From: an uncultured Propionimicrobium sp.
GTDB lineage: Bacteria; Actinomycetota; Actinomycetes; Propionibacteriales; Propionibacteriaceae
Length of the DNA: 64,000 bases
Direction of reading: 5' to 3'
Assembly: GCA_963511305.1 (NCBI GenBank)
Contig: CAUPIJ010000002.1
Coordinates: 40,034-104,033, forward strand
Shown here: one piece after another, positions 37,398 to 46,939 of the stretch
Layout of the letters: every line of letters begins with the position of its first letter
Numbering within the stretch: the stretch's first letter is position 1
The notes under the pieces: generated by a model
What the model was told of the DNA's origin: nothing
The model's database searches: none
The model's input: the letters and a program-made list of their open reading frames with translations, nothing else
Translations under genes and position numbers: made by a program

Positions 37398-38336
37398 CTA
37401 AAGCCAGCCCGGCCAGCAGGTCAGCTGCCAACCTCGAGAACTCGCTCGCTGGTAGGCGGCGCTCATGTTCTTGGCGGCGTCCGCGCGATTTTCTCTGGCG
37501 CTCGCCGCGACGACGTGCGCCCAGCTATCGGCAACCGCCTTCTCTAGCTCCAGCCAGATCTGGGCGTGTTGGGCGGGATCCTGCAGCCTGGAGCTGTCCA
37601 CCTCGCCCAGCGGTTTCGGTGACGGGGCGGCAATCGCCGCTAAAGTTGCGTCGCGCTCCTTGCGGGCCTGCTGCAGCCGCTGCTGCATTTCCTCGCCCGC
37701 GCCGTTGCCGATCATTGCTTCCAGGCCTGAGACCAGGTTCTGTTGGTTAGCCGCCAGGGAGTTCATCGCCTCGTCAGCACTCAGCGGCTCCACAACGCTG
37801 GGCAGGCTGGAGGTGACATCTACTTTGAGAGAGCCGCCAGCTGCCAGCGCCTTGGCGATTGTGTCGGAGGAGGTGTAGAGAGAGGCCTTCAGCAATGCGG
37901 TGGACGGGTCGTCGTCGGAGAAGCTGGCCAGGTAGAACTCTGCTGCTCGCGTTTCTGCCTCGAGCAGCTTTTCTAGCGTGGTGCCGGACGCGGGCTCGAC
38001 CTTGCTCTGGGCGTCGGGATTTGTCTCGCTACTGGCTTCGAAATCGGTCGAGATGCCTCGGGCTTCAAAGGCACTCGGTTGCTGCAAGACCTGTGCTTGC
38101 AGATCGTGCAGCTTGGCGATGTCGGCTAGCCAGGCGTGTTCGCTGCTGATGGCTTGAGCCATTGACGCTAGGTTTGCCTGTTTTGCCGCAGCATCCTGCT
38201 GGAACTGCGAGGCCGAAGTCTCATGCGTCGTTTTTACCACTGGGCTGGGGGAGCAGCCGGTTAGCGCTGCGGGGAGCGTCAGCAGGGCAGCTGCGATGGC
38301 CGCGGAAAGTGCCTGAGTTATTTTCGCCACATGCAA
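37398..38336 (-). CDS. Alanine-rich lipoprotein, possibly DUF4439/ferritin-like
   Basis: 312 aa with signal plus lipobox ...LLTLPAALTGCSP. Lies divergent from rimP, as do the alanine-rich proteins next to rimP in mycobacteria. The family call is tentative. Confidence 0.55.
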   Translation of the reverse strand: MHVAKITQALSAAIAAALLTLPAALTGCSPSPVVKTTHETSASQFQQDAAAKQANLASMAQAISSEHAWLADIAKLHDLQAQVLQQPSAFEARGISTDFEASSETNPDAQSKVEPASGTTLEKLLEAETRAAEFYLASFSDDDPSTALLKASLYTSSDTIAKALAAGGSLKVDVTSSLPSVVEPLSADEAMNSLAANQQNLVSGLEAMIGNGAGEEMQQRLQQARKERDATLAAIAAPSPKPLGEVDSSRLQDPAQHAQIWLELEKAVADSWAHVVAASARENRADAAKNMSAAYQRASSRGWQLTCWPGWL

Positions 38337-38442
38337 AACTTATCGCGTTAGAAGAAAATAAGCTTTAGACGTTATAATTTGGTGATTGTCCGAGCGCTCA
38401 GAGCTTGGAAGGTAAAACAGGAACTGACAAGAGGATGACGCC

Positions 38443-38958
38443 GTGAACGACGAGAAACTGACGCAACTTCTGAGCCCAGTCCTGCAAGAACAAGCCCTAG
38501 AGATCGACGAGTTGAAGATCGTTAGGGCAGGAAAAAACCGCGTGGTTCGCGTTGACGTCGATGGTGATGGCCCTGAGGGGAACGGGCCGGATCTCGACCA
38601 GATTTCTGCCGCGACCCGCGTCATTTCGGAACTTCTCGATGAAACAGACGTCATGGGCACCCAGCCCTACACGCTCGAGGTCAGCAGTCGTGGGGCTTCC
38701 AAGCCGTTGCTCAAGCCGGCCCACTATCGCCGCAACGTCGGCCGCCTGGTCAAGCTCAACCTGGCTGAAGGGAACGCGCTGGAGAAGGGCGAGCTGCTAG
38801 GGCGGATCTTGGATGCCAGCGAGGACGAGGTTCGCATCGCGCCGCAGCCGAAGCCGGCCAAAAAGGGCGCCAAGCCGAAGAAGTCTGACATCGAAGAGAT
38901 CAGCATCGGCTATCAAGACATCAATAAAGCAGTCGTTCAGTTGGAACTGAACAAATAG
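38443..38958 (+). CDS. rimP: Ribosome maturation factor RimP
   Basis: 171 aa with a GTG start, positioned upstream of nusA. Shows the L.P...........L.............VRV.VD pattern and a YTLEVSSRG(A) motif equivalent to YxLEVSSPG. Confidence 0.88.
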   Translation: MNDEKLTQLLSPVLQEQALEIDELKIVRAGKNRVVRVDVDGDGPEGNGPDLDQISAATRVISELLDETDVMGTQPYTLEVSSRGASKPLLKPAHYRRNVGRLVKLNLAEGNALEKGELLGRILDASEDEVRIAPQPKPAKKGAKPKKSDIEEISIGYQDINKAVVQLELNK

Positions 38959-38995
38959 GTTCAGACTGTCTGAACAGTAAGGATTAGGAGATCTG

Positions 38996-39973
38996 ATGGA
39001 CATCGATATGGCCGCCTTGCGGGCAATCGAACGCGACAAGGAGATTCCGCTCGACTATCTGGTCGAGGCTCTTGAGGACGCCCTGCTGAACGCTTACAAC
39101 AAGACCGAGCACCCGGTACCCGGCGCTCGGGTCGATCTAGATCGCAAGTCTGGCAAGGTTTCGGTGGTCGTGCCCGAGACCGACGAGGACGGCAACAAGA
39201 TCGGTGAATACGACGACACCCCCTCCGACTTCGGCCGGGTGGCGGCTTCCACCGCCCGCCAGGTTATTTTCCAGCGCCTTCGCGAGGCAGAGGACGAACA
39301 GAAATACGGCGAGTTCGTGGCTGCCGAGGGTGACATCATGGTCGGTGTGATCCAGCAGGATCGGGATTCTCGCACGGTTCGGGTCGATCTAGGCGCGGTA
39401 GAGGCGATCATGCCGCTGGCCGAGCAGGCTCCCGGCGAGGACTATTCGCACGGTCGCAGGATTCGCGTTTACGTGGTTGCGGTGCGTCGCGAGATGCGGG
39501 GGCCGCAGGTTGTGGTCAGCCGAACCCACCCGAATCTGGTCAAGAAGCTTTTCGAGCTGGAGGTTCCGGAGATCTCCGAGGGAGTCGTCCAGGTGAAGGC
39601 CATCGCGCGAGAGGCTGGACACCGCAGCAAGATCGCGGTTTATACCGAAAATCCGGATGTCAACGCCAAGGGCGCCTGCATCGGCCCAATGGGTGCTCGC
39701 GTGCGCGCGGTTACGAACGAGCTGGGCGACGAGAAGATCGACATCGTCGATTGGAGCGAGGATCCGGCGCAGTTCGTGGCGAACGCGCTTAGCCCGGCCA
39801 AAGTCAGCTCGGTCAGTGTGGTTGACGAGGCCGCCCGCGCAGCCCGCGTCATCGTGCCCGATTATCAGCTTTCGCTGGCGATTGGCCGCGAGGGTCAGAA
39901 CGCTCGCTTGGCCGCCCGTCTGACGGGTTGGCGAATCGACATCAAGCCGGATACCGCGCCAGAAGGCCGTTAG
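38996..39973 (+). CDS. nusA: Transcription termination/antitermination factor NusA
   Basis: 325 aa with an S1 domain plus two KH domains: ...[38 protein letters not shown]...[23 protein letters not shown]. Confidence 0.95.
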   Translation: MDIDMAALRAIERDKEIPLDYLVEALEDALLNAYNKTEHPVPGARVDLDRKSGKVSVVVPETDEDGNKIGEYDDTPSDFGRVAASTARQVIFQRLREAEDEQKYGEFVAAEGDIMVGVIQQDRDSRTVRVDLGAVEAIMPLAEQAPGEDYSHGRRIRVYVVAVRREMRGPQVVVSRTHPNLVKKLFELEVPEISEGVVQVKAIAREAGHRSKIAVYTENPDVNAKGACIGPMGARVRAVTNELGDEKIDIVDWSEDPAQFVANALSPAKVSSVSVVDEAARAARVIVPDYQLSLAIGREGQNARLAARLTGWRIDIKPDTAPEGR

Positions 39974-40185
39974 TGGGCGAGCCTCTTCGCACCTGCGTGG
40001 GGTGCAGGGAGATAACTGCTCAGTCGGTGCTTTCCCGCTACGTCCTGGTGGACGGGAGGGCGGTCTTGGACGAGAGTAAGAGCGCGCCCGGTCGTGGGGC
40101 CTGGGTACACCCTCGTGAGGACTGCCTAGAGAGAGCCAAGAAGCGCGGGTTTTCAAGAAGCTTCCGTGCTGGGGTCAGGCCTTAA
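39973..40185 (+). CDS. ylxR: YlxR family (DUF448) RNA-binding protein
   Basis: GTG at 39973 overlaps the nusA stop; 70 aa. PLRTCVGCRE......L.R.V........D.....PGRGAWVH is the family signature. Confidence 0.8.
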   Translation: MGEPLRTCVGCREITAQSVLSRYVLVDGRAVLDESKSAPGRGAWVHPREDCLERAKKRGFSRSFRAGVRP

Positions 40186-40442
40186 AACGTCGGTTCAGCG
40201 GGTGGTTTTCCGCCGGTTAGAACAATTCGGCTCGAAGGTCTAAACTTGTTTGCTGTGTGTAGCCGCGCGTAATTGATTCGTGCAGCCGCGCGCAGATAAC
40301 CGCTCTATTTAGTCATGGCCGGCTGGCCATGCAGTAAGAAAGTGGGCTAGCGCTCATGAACACTCGATGAGTATGCCGAAATGAGCATTACAACTAACTA
40401 GTGGCCCTTGCGCGCGAAAGACGCTGGGCCTGGAGGAGATAA

Positions 40443-43283
40443 GTGGCTAAGGTCCGCGTCTACGAGCTAGCGAAACAGCTCGGACTCGAAAGTAAACAAT
40501 TAATCGCAAAACTTAATGACATGGGCGAATTCGTTCGCTCTGCCTCTTCGACCATCGAGGCACCCGTGGTGCGTCGCGTCAAAGAGAAGATCTCTCAAGA
40601 GGGCGGCCTGGACGAGGCCGCCAAGAAGTCTGCCAGCAAGACCAAGGCAGCCAGCCGTAAGGCTCCGACTCCCGGCGTGACGAAAGCTCCGGTCGAGACG
40701 AAGGAGCCGATCAAGCCTGCTGCGCCGGCCAAGACGGCTAAGAGCGTGGAAGGCAAGCCGGCAGCGAAGGCCAAGCCTAAGGCGAGCCCGTCTGCTGCTA
40801 GCCCTGCGGCAATGCCAGGCGCCAAGGCGGCGGCCAACCGTAACGCGCCGCGCCCGAGCCAGGCAGGGGTGGTGCCGTCTACCTCTAAGCCCGTTTCCGA
40901 GCAGGCAGCCGAGCCCACCGCCAGGGACGCGGATCCGAAGCCCGGCCCCAGGCCGACGCCGAAGACTGCTCACCAGAGCGCCGCGAAGGCTAAGCCCGCT
41001 CCCGGCCCGCAGGGCCGCCGCAGTGGCAAGCCGCGCCCGGGCAACAACCCGTTCAGTTCAACGCAGGGCATGGGCCAGAGTCGCCCGCACTCTGGCGGTC
41101 AGCGTCGCTCTGCTGGCGGCGGTAGTGGCCAGCGCCAGCGCGGCGCGACTCCTGCTATGCCTCGTCCCGGTGGCAGCATGGGCGGCGTTCCTGGCATGCC
41201 GAAGCCTAACCCGGCGATGATGCCCAAGCGCGCCAATAACGAGTTGGCCAAGCCAACCGGCGGTCGTAGTGGTCGTCGTGGCGGCCGTTCTAACAATCAG
41301 GGTGGCGGCTTCGGTCGTCCGGGTGGCGCACCGCCGCGCGGACGCACTTTCCGCGGCAGCACCCAGGGTGCGTTCGGCCGTGGTACTGGTAGCCGCAAGC
41401 GCAAGTCTAAGAAGCAGCGCAGGCAAGAGTTCGACGAGATGCAGGCACCGGTCATCGGTGGAGTTCGCATCCGTAAGGGCGAGGGTCAGACCGTTCGGCT
41501 TCGCAGGGGCGCATCGCTCACCGACCTGGCCGAAAAGATCGAGGTCGATGCAGCACAGCTGGTGCAGGTGCTCTTCAACATGGGTGAAATGATCACCGCC
41601 ACGCAGTCGGTTCCCGATGAGACGTTGGAGATCCTCGGCACCGAGCTGGATTACAACATCCAGGTGGTTTCGCCCGAGGACGAGGATCGCGAGCTGCTGG
41701 AAAGCTTCGACCTAGAATTCGGCGAAGATGCCGGCGACGATGAGGATCTGTCCGCCCGTCCGCCGGTCGTTACAGTCATGGGTCACGTCGACCACGGTAA
41801 GACCAAGCTCCTGGACGCCCTGCGCCATTCAAACGTGCAGGCCAAGGAGGCCGGTGGCATTACGCAGTCCATCGGCGCCTACCAGATCGAGACCGAGTTG
41901 GAAGGCGAGACCCGCCCGATTACCTTCATCGATACCCCTGGTCACGAGGCCTTCACCCAGATGCGTGCCCGCGGCGCGAAGTCCACGGACATCGCGGTGC
42001 TGGTCGTCGCTGCCGATGACGGTGTGATGCCACAGACCGTAGAGGCGATGAATCACGCAAAGGCCGCCGATGTGCCGATCGTGGTCGCCGTCAACAAGGT
42101 TGATAAGCCCGCTGCTGACCCGGCCAAGGTTCGCGGTCAGCTGATGGAATTCGGCCTGACTCCGGAGGAATACGGCGGCGACACCATGTTCGTCGATGTC
42201 TCCGCGGTGACCCGCCAGGGCATCGACGATCTGCTCGAGGCGATCGTGCTGACCGCCGACGCGGCTCTCGATCTGCGTGCCAACCCGGATATGCTGGCCC
42301 AGGGTGTCGCCATCGAGGCGCACCTCGACCAGGGCCGCGGCCCAGTGGCCACCGTCCTGATCCAACGCGGTACGCTGCGCAAGGGCGAGTCGATCGTTGC
42401 CGGGTCCTCGTACGGACGCGTCCGCGCGATGATCAACGACCACGGCGAAAACGTGGACGAGGCGCCGCCCTCGATGCCGGTTCAGGTGCTCGGACTAACC
42501 AGCGTTCCCGGCGCAGGCGATAATTTCCTGGTCGTCGACGACGACCGCGTCGCCCGCCAAATTGCCGACAAGCGCGAGGCTCGCATGCGTGCCGCTCTGC
42601 AGGCGGCCAGCAGCCGCCGCAAGACCCTCGACGAGCTGTTCGAGCAGCTCGAGAAGGGCGAGACCAGCGAGCTGACGCTGATCCTGAAGGGCGACGGCGC
42701 AGGTTCCGTCGAGGCCCTGGAGGATTCGCTGTCGCGCATCGAGGTCAGCGACGAGGTCAGCCTGCGCGTCATCGACCGCGGAGTTGGTGCCATTACCGAG
42801 ACGAACGTTTCGCTGGCAGCGGCGAGCGATCCGCACGCCGTCATCATCGGCTTCAACGTTCGTCCGACCGCGCAGGCGGCCAAGCTCGCCGACACCGAAA
42901 ACGTCGATATCCGCTACTACTCGGTTATCTACGACGCGATCGACGAGATCGAGGCGGCGCTCAAGGGCATGCTCAAGCCGATCTACGAAGAGAAGACGCT
43001 CGGCCAGGCTGAGATCAGACAGATCTTCCGCAGCTCGAAGGTCGGCAATATCGCCGGCTGTATGGTCGAGTCCGGTCTCATTCGTCGCAACGCCAAGGCT
43101 CGTCTGCTTCGCGACGGCGTCGTGATCCGCGAAACGAGCATCGCGTCGCTGCGTCGCGAGAAGGACGATGCCACCGAGGTTCGCGAGGGCTTCGAGTGTG
43201 GTATCACCTTGGAGCACTACGACGACATCCAGACCGGTGATGTCATCGAGTGCTACGAGATGGTTGAAAAGCCGCGCGACTAG
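40443..43283 (+). CDS. infB: Translation initiation factor IF-2
   Basis: 946 aa with a GTG start. Has a low-complexity A/P/K/G-rich N-terminal region, then the GTPase [25 protein letters not shown] and NKVD motifs. Confidence 0.96.
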   Translation: MAKVRVYELAKQLGLESKQLIAKLNDMGEFVRSASSTIEAPVVRRVKEKISQEGGLDEAAKKSASKTKAASRKAPTPGVTKAPVETKEPIKPAAPAKTAKSVEGKPAAKAKPKASPSAASPAAMPGAKAAANRNAPRPSQAGVVPSTSKPVSEQAAEPTARDADPKPGPRPTPKTAHQSAAKAKPAPGPQGRRSGKPRPGNNPFSSTQGMGQSRPHSGGQRRSAGGGSGQRQRGATPAMPRPGGSMGGVPGMPKPNPAMMPKRANNELAKPTGGRSGRRGGRSNNQGGGFGRPGGAPPRGRTFRGSTQGAFGRGTGSRKRKSKKQRRQEFDEMQAPVIGGVRIRKGEGQTVRLRRGASLTDLAEKIEVDAAQLVQVLFNMGEMITATQSVPDETLEILGTELDYNIQVVSPEDEDRELLESFDLEFGEDAGDDEDLSARPPVVTVMGHVDHGKTKLLDALRHSNVQAKEAGGITQSIGAYQIETELEGETRPITFIDTPGHEAFTQMRARGAKSTDIAVLVVAADDGVMPQTVEAMNHAKAADVPIVVAVNKVDKPAADPAKVRGQLMEFGLTPEEYGGDTMFVDVSAVTRQGIDDLLEAIVLTADAALDLRANPDMLAQGVAIEAHLDQGRGPVATVLIQRGTLRKGESIVAGSSYGRVRAMINDHGENVDEAPPSMPVQVLGLTSVPGAGDNFLVVDDDRVARQIADKREARMRAALQAASSRRKTLDELFEQLEKGETSELTLILKGDGAGSVEALEDSLSRIEVSDEVSLRVIDRGVGAITETNVSLAAASDPHAVIIGFNVRPTAQAAKLADTENVDIRYYSVIYDAIDEIEAALKGMLKPIYEEKTLGQAEIRQIFRSSKVGNIAGCMVESGLIRRNAKARLLRDGVVIRETSIASLRREKDDATEVREGFECGITLEHYDDIQTGDVIECYEMVEKPRD

Positions 43284-43291
43284 GAGAAACA

Positions 43292-43732
43292 ATGACTAAT
43301 CCGCGCATCGCAAAGATCGCAGATCAGATTCACCAAATAGTCGCGCAGCTGCTCGAGCGACGCATCAAGGACCCGCGCCTCGGTTTCGTGACCATCACCG
43401 ATGTTCGCGTCACCGGGGACGGTCGCGAGGCCACGGTCTTCTACACCGAATTCGGCTCATCGCTCGATGGGCGCGAGGCCGATGCGGTGGACGGAAAGAC
43501 CGACACCGAGGCCGCGCTCGAGTCCGCCAAGGGCATGATGCGCAGCGTGATCGGCAAGAAGCTCGGCATGAAGTTCGTGCCCTCCCTGACCTTCGTGAAG
43601 GACGGTTCGGTAGAATCGGCCCGCGAGATTGAGGAGCTGCTCGACCGGGTTCGGCTCGCCGATGAGGAGCTGGCCAGCCACCGCGGCGACCAGTTCGCGG
43701 GCGAGATCGATCCCTATCGCAGCGATGAGTGA
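43292..43732 (+). CDS. rbfA: Ribosome-binding factor A
   Basis: 146 aa: ...RIAKIADQIHQIVAQLLERRIKDPRLGFVTITDVRVTGD... Confidence 0.92.
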   Translation: MTNPRIAKIADQIHQIVAQLLERRIKDPRLGFVTITDVRVTGDGREATVFYTEFGSSLDGREADAVDGKTDTEAALESAKGMMRSVIGKKLGMKFVPSLTFVKDGSVESAREIEELLDRVRLADEELASHRGDQFAGEIDPYRSDE

Positions 43733-44603
43733 TTCTGGAATCCTGATAGTCGACAAGCCCGCCGGGCTCACCAGCCAGCAAGTGGTTGGCCGGGTTCGGC
43801 GGGTTTTCGACGCCCGAAAACGAAAGCTCAAGGTTGGCCACGCGGGCACTCTAGACCCGATGGCCACCGGCGTGCTGATCGTGGGCGTCGGCAAGGCCAC
43901 CCGCCTGCTCGGTCATCTGGCGCTGCACGACAAGGCTTACACGGCGACGATCAGGCTCGGACAGTCGACCAGCACCGACGACGCCGAGGGAGAGATTACC
44001 GAAAGCCGCGATGCAAGCTCGCTCACTTTGGAGCAGGTTCGAACCGCCATAGCGCAGTTCACCGGGGACATCACGCAGGTGCCCAGCTCGGTCTCTGCAA
44101 TCAAGGTGGACGGCAAGCGGGCCTACGCGCTGGCCCGAAAGGGCGAGGACGTGAAACTCGCGGCCAGACAGGTCAACGTCAGCCGCTTTGACGCGCTCAG
44201 CTTCGTCGCCCACGACGCCCTGGTCGATGTCGATGTCGAGGTTGAGGTCAGCTCCGGCACCTACGTTCGCGCTCTGGCCAGGGATCTTGGTGAGGCCCTT
44301 GGCGTCGGCGCTCACCTGAGTGCGCTTCGTCGCACGCGCATCGGGCGTTACCAGATCGCGGAGACGATCGCCCTAGACGACGTCGACGAGAGCGCGCTGA
44401 TGCCGATGGCTCAGGCCGCCAGGCTCAGCTTCCCCGTGCTCCAGGTAGACGAGGCGCAAGAGCGCGAGATCGGCTTCGGCAGAGGGTTGGATATCGAATT
44501 GAGCGATGGAGTCACCGGCCTGGTGAACCAGTCAGGTGAATTATTGGCGCTGTACCGGCCGGCCGAAGACGGCTCGGCGAAACCCGTAGCCGTGCTCATC
44601 TAA
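43725..44603 (+). CDS. truB: tRNA pseudouridine(55) synthase TruB
   Basis: ATG at 43725 overlaps the rbfA stop; 292 aa. Shows GILIVDKPAGLTSQQVV...KVGHAGTLDPMATGVL. Confidence 0.92.
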   Translation: MSDSGILIVDKPAGLTSQQVVGRVRRVFDARKRKLKVGHAGTLDPMATGVLIVGVGKATRLLGHLALHDKAYTATIRLGQSTSTDDAEGEITESRDASSLTLEQVRTAIAQFTGDITQVPSSVSAIKVDGKRAYALARKGEDVKLAARQVNVSRFDALSFVAHDALVDVDVEVEVSSGTYVRALARDLGEALGVGAHLSALRRTRIGRYQIAETIALDDVDESALMPMAQAARLSFPVLQVDEAQEREIGFGRGLDIELSDGVTGLVNQSGELLALYRPAEDGSAKPVAVLI

Positions 44604-44665
44604 CGTTTCTAGACATAAAAAGAAGACCCCTCGGGGTCCTCTTGGTGTCTTGGCTCAGTGCTAGA

Positions 44666-45268
44666 TCAGTGCGCCCCAAGCGAGAAATACTCGGAGATGC
44701 CGTTTAGCGTCATCTGAACCGCCACGATGACCAGCACCATGCCCATCAGACGCTCGATCGCCACCAGCGTCTTCTCGCCCAGCAGCTTGATCAGCGACTG
44801 CGAGAATAACAGCACGATGGCCGTCACCAGCCAAGAGACGACGAGAGCCAGCAGATACCAGCCGAGCGCGTGCGGGTTGCGCGAGACCAGCACGATCTCC
44901 ATCGCCAGCAGGCTAGGCCCCGCCACGTACGGCACCGCGAGCGGGACGATGAACGGCTCGTCCTCGGGCACCCTCTCGCTCAGCGAATAGGTCGGGGTGG
45001 GGAAGATCATCCGCAGCGCGATCAACATCAGGATCACACCGCCCGCGGTGGTCAGCGCCGGGGGCGAGATATTGAAAACCTTCATGAAGGTCTGGCCGCC
45101 GAACAGGAAGATCAGCATCACCACTAGGGCAATCAGCAGCTCGCGGACGACGATCCGCTTCCTGCGTTTGACCACCGTGTGCCGAAGGGCGGTCAGGAAG
45201 AGAGGAATGTTGCCCACCGGATCCATGATCAATATGAAGATAGCCGCAGCCGAGATAAACAGTTCCAC
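44666..45268 (-). CDS. MarC family (UPF0056) membrane protein
   Basis: 200 aa with 6 TM. The N-terminus FILIMDPVGNIPLFL is typical of the family. Confidence 0.82.
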   Translation of the reverse strand: MELFISAAAIFILIMDPVGNIPLFLTALRHTVVKRRKRIVVRELLIALVVMLIFLFGGQTFMKVFNISPPALTTAGGVILMLIALRMIFPTPTYSLSERVPEDEPFIVPLAVPYVAGPSLLAMEIVLVSRNPHALGWYLLALVVSWLVTAIVLLFSQSLIKLLGEKTLVAIERLMGMVLVIVAVQMTLNGISEYFSLGAH

Positions 45269-45328
45269 GCGCCGAAGACTATCGCAGTTGGGTTGAGTTG
45301 GTTAATTCGCCCCCGATGGCTCTAAGCT

Positions 45329-46285
45329 GTGGTGCGGTTACGAAAAGATCTGGAGGCTCGAGTGCGCCGCAGCGTGGTGTTGATCGGTAATTTCGATGGG
45401 GTCCATCTGGGCCACCAAAGCCTCATTCAGCGAGCCAAAAAACATGCCCAGCGCTTGGCTGACGACGCCGGCCCGCTGCCCGTGCTTGCCGTGACTTTCT
45501 GGCCGCACCCGACCACGGTCTTCGCGCCCGAGCGCACCCCGAAACTGCTGTGCTCGCTGCCGCAACGCATCGATTTGCTGCGCGCTAACGGCGTCGACGA
45601 GGTTCGAGTGGTGCAGTTCACCGCAGATCTTGCCGGCTGGAGCCCGCAACGCTTCATCGAGATCGTGCTGGCGCCGCTCAACCCCGCAGAGGTCGTGGTG
45701 GGCGAGAATTTCCGCTTCGGCAAGGCCGCCTCCGGCACCCCGCAGACGCTCCAGGAATACGCCCGCTCCATGTCTGGGGGCTTCGGCGTCGACGAGGTGC
45801 CGCTGGCCGAGATCGAGGGCAAAGTGGCTAGCTCCAGCGTCATCCGCGCAGCGCTCAGCGAGGGCGATGTGACCACCGCCGCAGAGAATCTGGGCAGATA
45901 CTTCCGGGTGCAGGGCGTGGTCGTCGTCGGTGATCAGCGTGGCAGACTGCTTGGCTTCCCGACCGCAAACCTGCCCGTCAGTGCCGAATACGAGGTGCCA
46001 GCCGACGGTGTCTACGCCGGCTGGGTGAGCATGCTGGACACGCCCGGCGGAATGCTGCCGGCCGCGATCAGCGTGGGCAGCAACCCGACCTTCGAGGGTG
46101 TCATCAACCGCAGGGTAGAAGCATACGTGCTAGACCGCGATGATTTGGAACTCTATGGCAGGTGGATCGCCGTTGACTTCGTGCAACAGCTGAGGGGCAT
46201 GGTCAAATTCGGCTCCGTCGAAGAGCTCGTCTCCCAGATGAACAGGGACGTCGAAGAGAGCCGATGTATCCTCCTGGCGACGTAG
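45329..46285 (+). CDS. ribF: Bifunctional riboflavin kinase / FAD synthetase
   Basis: 318 aa: ...VVLIGNFDGVHLGHQSLI...GDQRGRLLGFPTANL...GVYA...NPTF. The start is uncertain (GTG cluster at 45329-45334). Confidence 0.9.
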   Translation: MVRLRKDLEARVRRSVVLIGNFDGVHLGHQSLIQRAKKHAQRLADDAGPLPVLAVTFWPHPTTVFAPERTPKLLCSLPQRIDLLRANGVDEVRVVQFTADLAGWSPQRFIEIVLAPLNPAEVVVGENFRFGKAASGTPQTLQEYARSMSGGFGVDEVPLAEIEGKVASSSVIRAALSEGDVTTAAENLGRYFRVQGVVVVGDQRGRLLGFPTANLPVSAEYEVPADGVYAGWVSMLDTPGGMLPAAISVGSNPTFEGVINRRVEAYVLDRDDLELYGRWIAVDFVQQLRGMVKFGSVEELVSQMNRDVEESRCILLAT

Positions 46286-46429
46286 ACCGTCCGAATCTCG
46301 GCTTGCACTCGATTTAGGCTGCTCGACGGCTAGCTGCTAGAGTGGTCAATCGCCGTCTGATCGGCCGCGGAAGCCCAAGAGCAGTAAAACCTGCGCCGCG
46401 CAACGGGAATTGAAAGGAGAGCTGTCTTC

Positions 46430-46693
46430 ATGGATGCAGCTGAAAAGAACAAGATTATTGAAGAGTACGCAACGCACCCGGGTGACACTGGCTCTCCCGA
46501 CGTTCAGATTGCGCTGCTGAGCAAGCGAATCTCGCACCTCACCGAACACCTGAAGCAGCACAAGGGCGACCACCACTCGCGTCGTGGCCTGATGCTGATG
46601 GTTGGTAAGCGTCGTCGCCTGCTTAACTACGTGGCTAAGGAAGACATCAACCACTACCGTGAACTCATCAAGCGGTTGGGTCTGCGCCGGTGA
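46430..46693 (+). CDS. rpsO: 30S ribosomal protein S15
   Basis: 87 aa: ...[45 protein letters not shown]. Confidence 0.95.
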   Translation: MDAAEKNKIIEEYATHPGDTGSPDVQIALLSKRISHLTEHLKQHKGDHHSRRGLMLMVGKRRRLLNYVAKEDINHYRELIKRLGLRR

Positions 46694-46707
46694 CGCTTTG
46701 ACTTATA

Positions 46708-46740
46708 GGGAGTGGCTGCTCAAGCAGCCGCTCCCTTTTA
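46708..46740 (+). terminator. Rho-independent terminator/attenuator after rpsO
   Basis: 12-bp stem gggagtggctgc / gcagccgctccc with loop tcaa, followed by tttta. Confidence 0.6.
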
Positions 46741-46778
46741 GCGTGTTCGAGACACGTTTAGCGTGTTCGAGACACGTT
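46739..46778 (+). repeat. Perfect 20-bp tandem duplication (2 copies), each containing a small hairpin
   Basis: tagcgtgttcgagacacgtt occurs at 46739-46758 and again at 46759-46778. Each unit has cgtgt(t)...(g)acacg arms followed by T residues. Confidence 0.9.
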
Positions 46779-46939
46779 TTTGACTAGTCGTATCCGATAA
46801 CTAAAGATTGAACTGGGGATAACGGTTTGGTCCTCGGTAGTGGCTGCCGGGAAATGTTTACGCCCGGAAGCCTCGATCGAAGACCGGCCCGTGCCCCCGA
46901 AGTAACCAGCCGTTTGGCTGCAAAACGTAAGGAGGACCC
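46779..46939 (+). ncRNA. Structured pnp 5' leader (candidate Actino-pnp-type regulatory element)
   Basis: A 160-nt untranslated stretch has pairing potential visible by eye (ggtcctcgg...tcgaagacc; ccggg...cccgg) before AAGGAGGA and ATG 46940. An Actino-pnp RNA motif has been described upstream of actinobacterial pnp genes; I have not verified a match here. Confidence 0.3.

Noticed and set aside
39389-40156. 255-aa minus-strand ORF opposite nusA/ylxR; also 42495-43292 and 41829-42443 opposite infB
   Set aside because: These lie antisense to conserved genes and have Arg/Pro/Ala-rich junk composition.
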